A stretch of 64,000 nt of DNA from Cetorhinus maximus (taxonomy: Eukaryota): contig NC_135882.1 of assembly GCF_964194155.1 (NCBI RefSeq), positions 25,482,001 through 25,546,000 on the forward strand, given 5' to 3'. Positions 37,779 through 50,715 of the stretch are shown here, piece by piece. Under the pieces are notes generated by a model that was given only the letters and a program-made list of their open reading frames with translations, ran no database searches and had not been told where the DNA came from. A program made the translations under genes and the position numbers. Position 1 is the first letter of the stretch, and every line of letters begins with the position of its first letter.

Positions 37779-37827
37779 TTGTACATCAGGAGTACTAAAG
37801 CAGGAAATCCTGGCTAACATGTTCCTT

Positions 37828-37830
<3 letters not shown>

Positions 37831-37859
<29 letters not shown>
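37831..37859. repeat. (AT)n microsatellite
   Basis: Directly visible. Confidence 0.97.
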
Positions 37860-37863
<4 letters not shown>

Positions 37864-39062
37864 TCATATTTGCCACCCATAGTTATCTCTGTCTGGTGGC
37901 TGAGCATCTGCATCAACAGATGGATATCAGCAGTTTTATTTAAACTCTTCCTGCTCTCCCTTCCTCTCCTGATGGTGCTGATTCATTCCAGGCTATGGTT
38001 CTGCACGTGCCTTGTCAGTACAGTAAGTGGGTCAGCAGACTATTTGAGCATGGGACATCATAGTCAAGCTTAGCCTTTTCTTAAAAAGTCCATGACTGCT
38101 ATGGCTCCTGTGGTGCAGTAGGTTAATTTTTAATAACATTCTGGGGCAAAAAAATGAGTTCACAACGCCAGCATGTGCAGGTCTCAGTTAAGTGTTCAAA
38201 TAATTTAAAACAATCCTCCAGTGAATCTTCTGGCCTTAGGTGAGGCTGTGTTCCCAGCATGTGCCTTACTTGTATAAACTGGCAAATGGAAGTGCTGGGA
38301 CTTGGCCAGTTCTAACAGACTGCTTAAAGAGTGGTGGCAGTTTTTTGTTGCTGATACAAGTAATTCTTCTATTCTGAATTATTTTCATTCCATTTTGCCT
38401 CATGCGTTCTATCATTTTTACAATTTTGTTTCTTTCATTTTACTCCTTGCAATACTTCTTCATTAATCTCTGTTGGTGTTGGAATTAAATAGCACTATAC
38501 TAAATGGCCAAGATGGATATTTTTCTGCGGGGGGTGGTGGACTCCTTGATTGGGATGTGAAACAAGGAGTTTATGAGGATCCAACAAATGAACATGGCAA
38601 GAGATAATTGGTCCAGACATATCACTATCCAGATATAGACACTTACCTCTATGCTCAGCACCTCTATTTCACAAGAGCAGCTGCCACACATCTCTACTAC
38701 CTCCTGCAGAGTAAGATGCAGATAATATCCTGAATAGGGACAGTTCTTCCTGTAGAAAATAAGGTTACCTATTCACAAATCTTTAGTGCCACTGCATTCT
38801 TTGCAACCTCCCAATGGGACACCTGCCACATCAGGCAGTCCTCAGTTCACACCTGCATCAAGCAAATGATGAATGTTACCTTTTTGTTTTCATTACTTTG
38901 AGGAAAGGAGGCATCAGCTTTTTGGTAGAGTTCCCTCAAATGTAGGTTGGTTTAAATGACGCTAAAGTGGGCACCAGATCTCTTCATATCAATCCCATGA
39001 TCTACATGAACAGGAACTATTTGTACTTAAATTATGTTCCAGCTGTAGTTGATTACATAATT

Positions 39063-39705
39063 GCAATTGGTAGCACATTGAGTCAGAAAGTGTGAGATCA
39101 AGTCCCACTCCAGAGGCTTGAGTGCCTAATCTAGGCTGACACTCCAGTGCAGCACTTAGGGTGCCACCTTTCAGATGAGACATGAAACCAAAGTCCAATG
39201 TGCCAAGGCAGGTGGATGTAAAAAATCCCAGGGCACTATTCGAAAAAGAGTAGGGAAATTTTCCCTGGTGTCCTAGCCAAAATTTATCTCTCAGCCAATG
39301 CTATACTCTAGAGAGTCAGATGGCAATGATAGAATTAGAGTCATTAGTGTTAATCTTCTCTCACTTTTATAAGCATTTATTTACGGAGATACACATTACA
39401 AACATGCACTTCTTAACCCAACAACCATAGTTTCAGTCTGTGTCTATTTATAGGGGCACAATTGAATCCCCAGTTAATGCCCACCACCTGCATACAATTA
39501 AATACAATTAATGTACAATGAATAATTAACAACATGAAAACAGATTATTGAGTCATTCTCACATTGCCATTTGTGGCACCTTGCTGTGCACAATATTGGC
39601 AGGAGTATTTACCTACCTTGCAACAGTAACTTCAGAAGTACTTAATTTGCTGAAAAGTGCTTTGGGGCATTCTGAGATTATAAAATGTATTATAAAATGC
39701 AAATT
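39063..39705 (+). mobile_element. Deu-domain SINE split by an insert of about 240 bp
   Basis: Head and first half of the Deu core at 39063-39300; second half CAGATTAT..CACATTGCCATTTGTGG and tail TATAAAATGCAA at 39540-39705. Confidence 0.78.
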
Positions 39706-41518
39706 ATTTCTCTTTTTTTTTCTTATCATTATGCATTTATGAGGTTATGCCAGGATGTCTTTATGGTGCTGTGATGACTTATGGCACCTGCACAACCAAA
39801 AGAGGAAAAACATGGAATCATTGGCTGTCAGAATACAGGGCTTCTCTCTAACTCCATGTGCTGACCCCACTTAGTCAGCCTCTATCAGACGGAGACCACC
39901 TAGATCTGGAAGCAGTTTGCAATTCTTCGGGTGTCAAATCCATTGCCAAGAGAAATATATATTATGCAGCTTCTGCACAATGCTTGAAATGGTACTTCCA
40001 ATGGGCAGTTTCCTAACTGCTTTTGTACCATGACTGTTGAGCCCCATAAAGATATGAGCCAAATTCGAGAGGACTTTCATTTTCTGCCCGACACTGGCAA
40101 ATCTTATTCCTGTTTGGAGCCACTTATGGGGATCTGAAGGAAATGCACTGACTGAGTCAATTACCTTCCTATCTGCAGCTTGTTTCTGCCGTGTTATTAG
40201 AGCATGGTCTTCAGCCCCAAATGGAGCCATTTTACTTAGATGGGCCTCCTGCGGCAGCTTCTCTAGCCGGCTGTCCACATGTCTTACCTTTATCATTGTG
40301 ATCAGTTAGTTAACTGTTCTATCATTACTGCAATTTTCTTTTAATAATAAAAATGAGCTGCAGCCTTTTAAGAGCTGTTGCCTTGCCAGATTTTCCCAGC
40401 CAAGCATTCCACATGCCAAGTTCTCAGAACAAATTTTCCATGTGCCAGTAGGCAAAGTGTGTCCCATCAGAATAATTAATTTGGCCAACCCTCTGGGCCA
40501 TCAGCTCAACGCTCTTGTATTTTTGGACCAAATCAGCTCGATTTTTATCCATTATTGAAATAGGACATTAATGTTCCTGCAGGCTCAGTGTCCAGAAGGA
40601 GGGGAGCGAGTTGCCAGGATGGGAAACATTGATTTTTCTCCTTCCTTGCTAACACCATTTGTCACACTTGGCCAAGACTAGCTAGCTTAGCAGTGACCAG
40701 AGATTGAACGTTGGTTTTTTTCTGGTGGCAGCAGTGTTTAAATGTGTTTTCTTTTAAAAAAAAAAAGACGTGCTTGAGGATCTTCGTTGGTCAAATGCAG
40801 TTACTGTAGCAGTCAGGTGGTACAATATGTTTAGTCCAAAGCCCCGACAGAGTTAATTAATCACTTTTCATGATTGTGTTGATGGGAAATAGCACCAGCG
40901 ACACCCCTGTTTGCAAAATAATCTAAATTCTCATTTCTATCAGTTGCACTTACAGAATTCTGGTCCGTGCTGCCACCCAGCCATAAAAAAAAATACATTT
41001 CCAATGTGAATATTGGCCTTTCAGCAGATCAATAACTCTTATGCTGTCATCTTTCATTTTAATAAGCACCAAAACTTTTACATAAGAATGCAAGTATTCC
41101 TTCTTATCTCTCCTATACAGCAAAACAACATATTGGATTTCTTATTTGGAGACCTGGAATGTATAAGATACTTTATTCCTATGTCAATAACTGATGACAC
41201 TTTTGAATCTCAAGGAGTTGTTCATCTCTAATTTCGCTTTATTTGCTATTAAAGGGCAATTAAGTGTCGGGGAAACGCTTATGCGAGGTGAGGTTATGGC
41301 AAAATCCCCAGCTGGTTGTCACAGTGCAAAGTAAACTGAATTATAAAGAGTGCCTTACACCCTGGACTTATGTTCCTAATATGAACGGTCAAAATTCAAC
41401 ATTGTACAGCGTTAAACTGTTCAATTACATTCTAAGGGATTATTTTCTGATACTCTTTTCGAGTTATCAACAGTCACAGATTGCAACTCTTTTGAGTACA
41501 ATCACAGTTCTTGGTTTC

Positions 41519-41580
41519 CGGGAGTGGGACATGAACCCACAACCCTCTGATTCAAAGGCGAGGGTGCTATGAACTGTTGC
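41519..41580 (-). mobile_element. SINE tRNA-like head fragment
   Basis: GGAGTGGGACATGAACCCACAACCCTCTGATTC matches 34024-34058. Confidence 0.6.
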
Positions 41581-44500
41581 ACTGTGAGCGCTGAGGCCTT
41601 GCCCATTGTTAACACATGACTGGTGGGGAAAACCATGGCACGAATCTTTTCAGGAGTGACAGTCAACGTTGGATTGTCACTCCGCTGCTACTCTACTCCG
41701 CTACGCCGGAGATCCGCATTTCTGGCTGGGGCTTCTGATCCCGGTTCCTCCAGAAATGCGGAGAGTATCTCGAATGGAGCTGCTTCTTCGTAGCACTGGG
41801 CCATCAGGGGAAGACAAGCCGTGCCTGTCCCTGGTCGGCTCTGTCATGGGTGTTTCAATCCTGCCCAGTTTTCCTCACAGCAATTCCCCCTCCCCCAGAT
41901 GTTATTTTTACACAAGACACGCAGAGTTTTCCTTCTCCATACTTCTGACAGATGTCATGGGCAGAAGGTAAAAAAGGCTGTCTAGCTGGAAACATTGCAG
42001 CCATCATCATAGAACGGAGAAGAACAATATTACTGTACCTGAAATGTATTTTTACTTACAATTTTTGAATTGGATTTCTGTAGACTAAAATAAACCAATA
42101 CAATTATCATTACTAATCTATCCAAAAAATAAATTCTAAAATGCTTAAATTATTAAAAAGAAACGCAGCATCGCATTATCTTTACATTAAGTCAGATGTA
42201 AAGGTTAAAAATATTGAACATGGCAGTAGTAAATAATGACATTTGAGGATGTACAATGCCGGTACAGATTCCTTATTGCGCCTTTGTGCTGCTGTTGTGC
42301 ACTCAAACTTCAATACACAAACTCTGTTATTAGTAGCCGTTTCATTGATCTTACCTGCAGTTTAGTTATGGCCAGCAAAGGACAACAGACCTCAGCAAAA
42401 TGGACCCATTGATATGGAAAAAAGAATAATTTATTGGTTTCCATTAGTTTAGAATAATAGTTTGACTGTAAATCTGTGAGGTCTATCTCACTGAGAATGG
42501 GAACACAGATATTTCAATCCATTCCATTCTTTTAAGTTTTCTTACCCATTTAAGAGAAATATTCAATTGCTTAACTGTGTGTAATTTTATCAAAGCACGA
42601 ATGCAAATGTTGTGTTCCCGACCTTTTGTACAATAGTGAAATAAAATTAAAAAATTAACGCTATTTTGCCATTTGTATATTGTAGCCTTATGTACAAACA
42701 TTCATTTCATATTTTCTGATTATTGCAGTCAATTCAATAATTGGTGTAGGAGGGTCAGGAAATGAATGGAGGTTTTTAATTTGAGCTTTATTATTAGTAA
42801 ATTCGGCGAGTTGCCAGTGCTGGACAAGTGAAGATTCTATAATGATCAGGACGTGGGAGTGAAGCTTTCAGCCACTTTCTTCAATTCCATCAAAAGCATC
42901 GTGTTTTTTTTTGTCTAGGTTCTTAATGAATAGCAATACATTCTGCTATTCAGGTAAGTGATGTAAGGAAGTGATTTTCACCTTCACAGCGTGAGCAACA
43001 AATTGGCGGATTTCAATCGAAATAAATCCTAGGCAAGTTTCCTAAAGGCAGGTGATCTGCTTCGCCAGTGTAGAACCCTCGGGGTGAATATCAATATGAT
43101 CTTATTGTCTCTCCTGCACTATGATTTTGCAGTCAGATATTTCAAAGCTTATGAATTTCAATGTTTATTTTTAAGGAGCGACATCAATTGATCGACACAG
43201 CACTTACAGTGGCACTGAATTGCGAGGAAAATATGTAGTGCATATTAAGCAACTTAATTTACTCTGATAGCACGCCACTTAATCCTTTGCCTGCTATATA
43301 ACTGCATGAAAATAGTGCTGAGAGAAATTTTATGAGAAGGTCTTAATCCATACAGTACTAAAGAACGGTAATCCAACCAGTAATTTTGGGGCAGAAGCAA
43401 CGAGTTGCAGAGACAGATTTTGTAAAATGAAGTAAAAAACAGCACAAGTATTCATAATGTCTTGAAAACTGGACACATTCGCACCCGCACCTTGTGTTTC
43501 ACTTGCAATTTGAGGTCACTTCAGTTATCGTTCAGATGCGACTGTCTTAGACATGTTGCATTCATCCTTCTGCAACTATCTTGTGTACAGGAAGAGATAT
43601 TGTCAATTCTGGCATCTTAATTAACACATCAGCAGTGCGCGGCTTCTTTTGTGTGACAAGTCAAACTAGCTTGTGATTTGTATATGGATTTCAACGGCAA
43701 AGCTATGTAATGCTTAAAATAATCCAATTTAACAGAGCAAGGGACGTTGCTGCTTTAGGGGCAGCACATAATCCGGTTACTTTGAAATGCTTATAATATG
43801 TAATAATAAGGACAATTCTCTTTTTAATGAATGAATATTGTGCGCCATATCTTCATCCTTTTAGCTGCAACTAATCTAAGGCAGAATGATAGGATGTTAC
43901 TGCTCTAATGCACTGGTGCTGTGAGTTGACAGGATTTGAATCAGTATTTACAATTCCCCAGTCTCAGATATACTGCAGAGAAGCTGTGAGAATTACAGGC
44001 TGAGCTACTGTGCAGCTGTTTTCATGTTACAGGTCACAAAGTGGCACTTAAAGAGGAAGAGGAACAATCCATCAGTCAGCTCCTTCAGCTATAGGAAAAT
44101 GCATTCAGTGGAAAAATCTGAACAATGGAAAAGGGAGAAATTGCAAATTAACTGACTGTATATTGATACTGTGACTAAGTAGTCCAACAAATTGAAATAG
44201 CATCGAGGCCTTCCAAAAGATTAGTTCAGACCACATTGTCTGGAGCTGTTTTTAGTTTGTCCATGCCTTGGCAGAAATCAATCCAGCTTGTACTATGCTG
44301 AAGATTCAGTCATTTTCTGCAATTTTTTTCTGATATTTGATTCATCAGGACACAATCATATAAATATATCGTTATTGTTTATTTTTCATTCAAAGTCATG
44401 TTGTCCTGTTGCTGCACCTTTGGTGCAGTGGATCACTTGGGTGCAGTGGATTGGGGAAAATCCAATTGGAGGGGATCATATGTCTACAAAATGAACCAAT

Positions 44501-44664
44501 GGGTTTTCTTTCCATTAATTTAAGTGCATAGGAAATTGAGTGGGTTTCCTTAAGTGTGTACATTCCTCTTACCAGGTTTCCTTAACATGGTGTCACCATC
44601 TGAATTTAGCACTGCTGTGAAGTCATTTTGGCTTTACGTTGACACCAAACTAGGGTAATGGATA

Positions 44665-44904
44665 CAAAAGCAGAAAATGCTGGAAAAACTCAGCAGGTCT
44701 AACAGCATCATATGGAGAGAAAAACAGAGTTAACATTGCAAGTCCGTGTGACTCTTCTTCAGAGATCCGAAGAAGTCATATGTGCCCGAAACGTTAATTC
44801 TGTTTTTCTCTCCATAGGTGCTGTTAGATCTGCTGAGTTTTTCCAGTATTTTCTGTTTTTTTGTTTCAGATTTCCAGCATCTGCAGTATTTTGCATTTAT
44901 CTTG
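44665..44904. mobile_element. Penelope-derived fold-back element with 12-bp TSD
   Basis: Near-palindrome centred at about 44764; GGGTAATGGATA at 44653-44664 and 44905-44916; two back-to-back degenerate hammerhead motifs. Confidence 0.82.
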
Positions 44905-44916
44905 GGGTAATGGATA

Positions 44917-45780
44917 TGTTACGGACAGGGAGAGGTAGTGGGATAACTTTCCCATTTTCCTCTTATCCCTCAGTTGACTGCAACAAGATATATTTTTAGA
45001 AATAAAGTTTTAAACCTTCTGAGTGCTGTGACTTTAAAGAATGGACTTCAATAGGCTTTCTGGTAAGTTTAAATCAAAAGAGGGGATAAACTTTTATTCA
45101 CCCAGCACCCGAAAAGTAAATGCAACAAAACAACCACTCCCTCAAAGACACAGACACACATCCGCACAAGAAAAGGTGAGTTCTATAGATGGTACATGTA
45201 CTTTGATTTCTAATAGAGTAAGAAGAAACAAGTCATGTGTTCTTAATGAGTCCTATAAGATGAAAGGATTCTCTCTCTCTCTTGGTTCTTTGAAGTCAAT
45301 GGAGTTTGGAAATTTCCATGTTTTTCATAAGAAATTATGGCCAAGTTTCCCTAGAGAAAAAATGTAACCTTGCAAGTGAAGACAAATTAGCCCTTTTTCA
45401 CTGCCTGGGATGACTGTCTGCTCATGGCAGAGTTCTTGCTGAGTGATGATATGTCTGTCTTGATGGTTTCCAAACTGCCTTACTGGGTTCTCTTGTGGAG
45501 TAATATATTGACCACCTCTCCAGCTGATTTTGGTCATGTGATGGTGGTTTTGATGTGTCCCTTTGTCTACATAATGGATTGGTGATTGATACACAATGGG
45601 GGGGGGGAGGGTGGGGGTGGGGTAGTGATCAACATACCAGTTATAGTTAGCTCACTGAAATCCCTTATTTGATAGGTCATTCCATTTTTATGCTACTGAC
45701 AGGTCTGCTAACCATTGTCTTTTAAATCACTTCAACTGAAATGGTAAGAGTCAGTCAATTTGCACCTGAAAGACACATCT
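44917..45780 (-). mobile_element. Possible LTR-like element
   Basis: Begins TGTTACGG; TTTATT near 45093; layout similar to the elements at 3750 and 49105; right boundary not established. Confidence 0.35.
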
Positions 45781-47006
45781 GCATTTTTAACTTGCTAGAT
45801 ATTTTGGTCTTGATTTTCATCCTCGAGGCAGGTAGCAGGAGTTGGGAAAATTCTAGGCTTAACCTGACTGTCTTGGGAGAAGGTGCCAATAAGGATGGGA
45901 TTTTCATTGTAAAGGAGAGTGGAGGGGGTGGTGTGGGAGTTTGTGGGCTGTAGTTGGGCCAGTCAGACCAGGAAAAAGTTAAGAGGCAGCCACATGGGCT
46001 GTCAGGTGCCAAGGCAGGCTGTTTAAAAGTTCCAACTCAGTGATGTGGGACTTCATCCCAGTTATAATAAAAACAGAAAGACCCTCTAGTACTCACCCCT
46101 CCCACCCCCTGTTTTCCCTGGGGCAGGTGTCCCAACAGTCCATTGGATTTCTAGGCTCTCAGCCAAACCTCATTATATATTGTTGGCTGTGAGTCCAGGC
46201 ATTCATTAGCATACTAAAATACCTGGGCCCAAGGAAAGTGTTACTTGTTTGACAGCTCTGGTTCTCTGATCTATGCTAAACAAACATTGTACAATGTTTA
46301 TTTACACAAGATAAAGAGGTTTCAAGTGCTTGTAATTTTTGCTATTAATACTTTAAAAGATCTGGATGATTGACACTTTTAGTGACCTATAATACAAAGG
46401 AGTTTGTTTTTAAGAAAGTGGAAAGTTATCAATGAATGACAGTTTTATAAAGCATTTTTAATACAGCCTACTGTCATTATATCATTCATTGGTTCTATAC
46501 AGTGTATAGTGGGTGAATGGGAAGGAAGTGCCATAGTTTGACATGGGTGGCATGAGGGGTCATGGGGGGCATGCCTTGGGGTGGTGGGCATACCTTGGCA
46601 TGGGACTCATATGAGGAGGACCTTTTGAACTGACATTTGAAAAAGGGTCCCTTGTGCAAACTATGGTTCACAACACCTCTGAGGTGCCATGAACCATGGC
46701 TCTTTGAAAAGCTGGCCCAATTCCATGAAAATTCCTGAGGACTAGGACCTGCCTATCCCCAAAATGGAGCCAAACAGATTGGGAATTCAGGGTGTGGGCT
46801 TGCAACACAAATCAGCCCATGCCCTTAAAATGCCCTGGCGAAAATTGGAAACTCTGGGAATGGAATCATGAATCCTGGTCTGGGTCCCGGCCGCCATTTT
46901 TAAAGGTCCAGAAACCACAAATGGAAGTCACCTGACTTTTCAGAAACCATTTTTAAAGAGTACAGTGTCCATTATTCCATGTTGCTCCCTTTCTTTAAAA
47001 GATACT

Positions 47007-47449
47007 GGCCAGAATTTTCCCGTCGGCGAGTTGGGGGCGGGGCCCACTTGCCAACATGAAAATGATACGGGATGGCGTCGGGGGAACCAGTGACGGGATA
47101 AGGTTTCATGTCAATTTTTAATAAACTTAATAAAGTTTCTGTGCTTCTTATTAACATGTTCCATCTCGTGTGACATTGTCACATGAGGGGGACATGTTAA
47201 TAATTTTTTAATTTTTCTATTTTTAAAGTTTTTTAGACTGTCAGTAATCTCCCTGAGACAGCACATAGTCTCAGGGAGATGTGCGCTCTTTTGCACGCAT
47301 GCGCGAAAGGGCGCACTTTGACAGTTGGGGAATCCCTCCCCCCCCAACCTCAACACAGGATCGGGCTGACTGCTGGGCGGGCCTTAATTGGTCAGCCCAC
47401 TCAAAATGGCAGTGAAGCTCACCCACCCACTAAGGGTAAAATTCTACCC
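47007..47449 (-). mobile_element. Harbinger-type MITE, internally deleted, reverse orientation
   Basis: TIRs GGCCAGAATTTT and AAAATTCTACCC; TSD ACT at 47004-47006 and 47450-47452; reverse-complement homology to 7049-7744. Confidence 0.88.
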
Positions 47450-48207
47450 ACTGAGTCCATTGTCCACTCATCTTTACAGGCATGATGTGACCACCATGGA
47501 TAATAGTGCCAAACATGCGGGATTGGATCAGCCACTATTATACATCTTCCACAAATTTCACTTCTAATAACTTCAATGGAAGTTAAAATTGGGAGAATTG
47601 TGTAACATGCAGCTGATCCAATATTGTCCATTTTACACTGTAGGCCAAATTCAAAATAATCCCCTTGGAGAATAAATTAACTTTCAAGGCTGAGCTGATT
47701 CCGTAGTGAAGCAAAGTTGGACCATCTCCTACAGGACTGGCACTTTCTATGCTCTGGCATCAGACTATGTTGACACCATGGCCAAAATGTTCCAAGATCC
47801 TGCACCACAAGGGTTATGCTCCTTTTCTTTTTCAATAATCTGTTGATTGCAAGGTCCTTTCAGCAGTGGTATGAACTGAAACTATTCTAATATGAATGTA
47901 CTCAAAGAGAACTTGAGTTGGTTTTTTGAGAATACTGTGCACATATTAGAGGGATCCTCAGTTATATACCTTACTAAATACATGCAACATTCACATGCTT
48001 CCCCTCATGGATCAGTTGGTAAAATTAATAATTAAATTATTTGATCTCAGGATTTATTTGAAGCTTCTCCGTGTGCTACATTTTAGCAGATTTAGCATGC
48101 TCATGTTCAATTCCGTGTGAGATATTTTAATTAAGATATTAACCTGTGGTGATTTGAGCCCCAAAGCACTCAACAATTCTCACTGACACTTGGCTTGCCT
48201 TTCTCTT

Positions 48208-48425
48208 AATAGGAGCACAGGAACTGAAATATGCCGTTCAGCGCCTTGAGCCTATTCTGTCACCATTCAAGCAGATCATGTCTGATCTATACCTCAAATC
48301 CAATTATTAGCCTTCGGACCCTATAGCTTGACTCCCTTACCTGACACAAATCTATTGACCTCACCGTCAACAGTTTTAATTCACCCTGCATCCGCAGACT
48401 TTTGAGGGGAGAGTCCCAGATTTGT
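48208..48425 (-). mobile_element. CR1 3' fragment
   Basis: ATAGGAGCA..GCCGTTCAGCGCCTTGAGCCT tail similar to those at 59572 and 62664. Confidence 0.65.
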
Positions 48426-49104
48426 AAGAGGAGTTAACAATTTAGCAATATCTAGCATAGTGCGATCCAATGCTCAGTCCAACATATAAGGTAGATTTTC
48501 CTGAGTCTGAAACAAAAATTGGGTAGGTTTCTTTACAGGTATGCACTTTGACCGGTCTGCTTTTTCAGTAATCACTGCCCCCATGTGATATTATGTACTT
48601 GGCTGAGACCCTGGAAAATCACCCCTTACATTGTACAGTTTTACTCAGGATAGCTTCATTGTTTTTCAAGATCTATTAGAACTAGGTTCAATAATTATTA
48701 GATTTGTCAACAATACCTAACTAATTGACTAATATGTTCTGTTGAGATATCAATTAACATTCATTTTAACTATCTCTTTCAGTCTTCACATGCATGGTTC
48801 TGATAAAGAATTTAGGCTGAAAACATTATTTGTTTTTCTCTCCACTGATGTTGAATTGGTTTACGCACATTTGCAAGCCTGAAAGAAGCAACATGTTCAA
48901 AGCACCCACAAGAAATCAGAAACCCGAAGGAACTGGCCTTCATTACCAGGTGAGCTGTCATGCCAATAATTTGTCCAGGGGCAGCTTGCCAGTTGGCTTC
49001 CTTCCAATTTGAGCTGGTTGAACTGTCAGCAGCAGTGCTCAGATAGATAGATAGGGGGAGGAGTGAGTAAAGTGAGAGGATCATGGGAAGGAACAGGTAA
49101 AGTC

Positions 49105-50185
49105 TGTCACGACCGTGTGAAAGGTGTTTTCTCAAAGTGGTCCATGAGCTAAGAATTTGTATATGTGCTTGTATGTAGTCCTCTTGTGATTTGCAAGTGA
49201 TTCAAGTTAAAAATAACCAGCAGCAAAGCTTTAGTCTTAATCAAGATAAAGGTTAATTTATTACAAAACTACTGTGAGTTAATGTAACTGTAAGTTACTT
49301 AAGTAAAAGTAATAAAGTTACTAACTAAATACATACCACAATTACATGCAAATTAGGATAAAAGGTACGTATAAAGATGAAATTCAGTTCAGTCCTTTAA
49401 GACATCATGTAGGTCTATAGCTTGCAGTTGAAGTATTGGTTGTCTGGAATGAGGGGTTGATGTTGAAGAGTTGTATTCAGCAGCTGCAATGGCTTCTGTA
49501 GTCAAATAGTTGCCAGTTGCGTTTCTCGGTACACTCAGCAGGCTTTTTGGAGAGAGAGAAGGTTTCTTGTTCCTCACTAGTTCTGCAGTTATGGCACTTG
49601 CAGATTGCTTGGTCTCTTTCAGCGAACAGGAGTTGATTTCTGAATACCTTCCTTTTGCTGTCCCTTGGCCAAGAACCCTCTCAAATGGTGCCTCTCTGAG
49701 TCACTCCTGAGCTTCTGCACAAATTGGCTGTTCTCAGCCAGGGTTCAAGACAGTTCAGAATTCAAAATGGCTGCTATCCAAAACTGTTGAATCATGCTTT
49801 CATAATAGGTATTGAATTAGCCCAGGTCTAGAGCATAGTCCCATCCATTGTCTTTTAGCCAAGGTAATTAACCTTTTAAATGTCTTAGTCATTAACTTGA
49901 ATGGCTCCCATTCTTCCAGGTTTGATGAGTTAGAAAAGAGCTCTTATATGTTATTATGCCTGTTTATTGTTAATGAGTTTATGTTTACCTTTGTGGAAAT
50001 GCGTATTGAATTCCAAACACACATCTAAGTATGTCTATCACTTGGAGCCTTCTAAAAGCTTATCAGGCAGTTGTAAAAGGTCAGGTGACTTTTTAGCAGT
50101 CATTTTTAAGGTTCCTTGTGTCCATTTAAAAGAAATATTAGCTTTTTTACAAAATTTATAATGTCACAATTACACGTTCATGACA
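49105..50185 (-). mobile_element. Probable solo LTR, about 1080 bp
   Basis: Inverted termini TGTCACGA and TCATGACA; TTTATT near 49257; no clean TSD (AGTC versus GCTG). Confidence 0.6.
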
Positions 50186-50715
50186 GCTGAAAGTGATGCC
50201 CTGCTCCTTCCGATATCAAATTTAAGTTAGCTAAAAGGAAGAAACTTGTATTTTGGTGGGGGCCTCCTTTAAAATGCACTCATTAGATTGCAACAAAACA
50301 GAAAAATTCAAATGGAGCTGGGCAGACCAGCTCCTGAGAGGGAACCTTAAATCAACATTCGGCCCATCACTAACACAGCTAAAGGTACTAGTAGCTGTTT
50401 AAATTGACTGCCAGGGACACCTGCATATTGTCTGAACTAAAATGGTATTGGATGTACTTCAGCAGCCATTAAGGCATGGAAATCGTACCATGACATTGGA
50501 ATTTTTTGTCACTGTTTTGCAACTGATAAACAGGCTTAATAAAGTCCAATTCATCCCCTTTTCTTGTTTCAGTTACTAAACAATGTTACCATTATATTGT
50601 GGAAAGTTCTTGCTGTAAAATGGAGCACAAAATACCAGCTTTTTGAGATGAATGATTGCTATAAAGGCGTTGAAAGCATCTTGCTCTACAGATTTTAGAA
50701 CTTAAAATATGTTGC

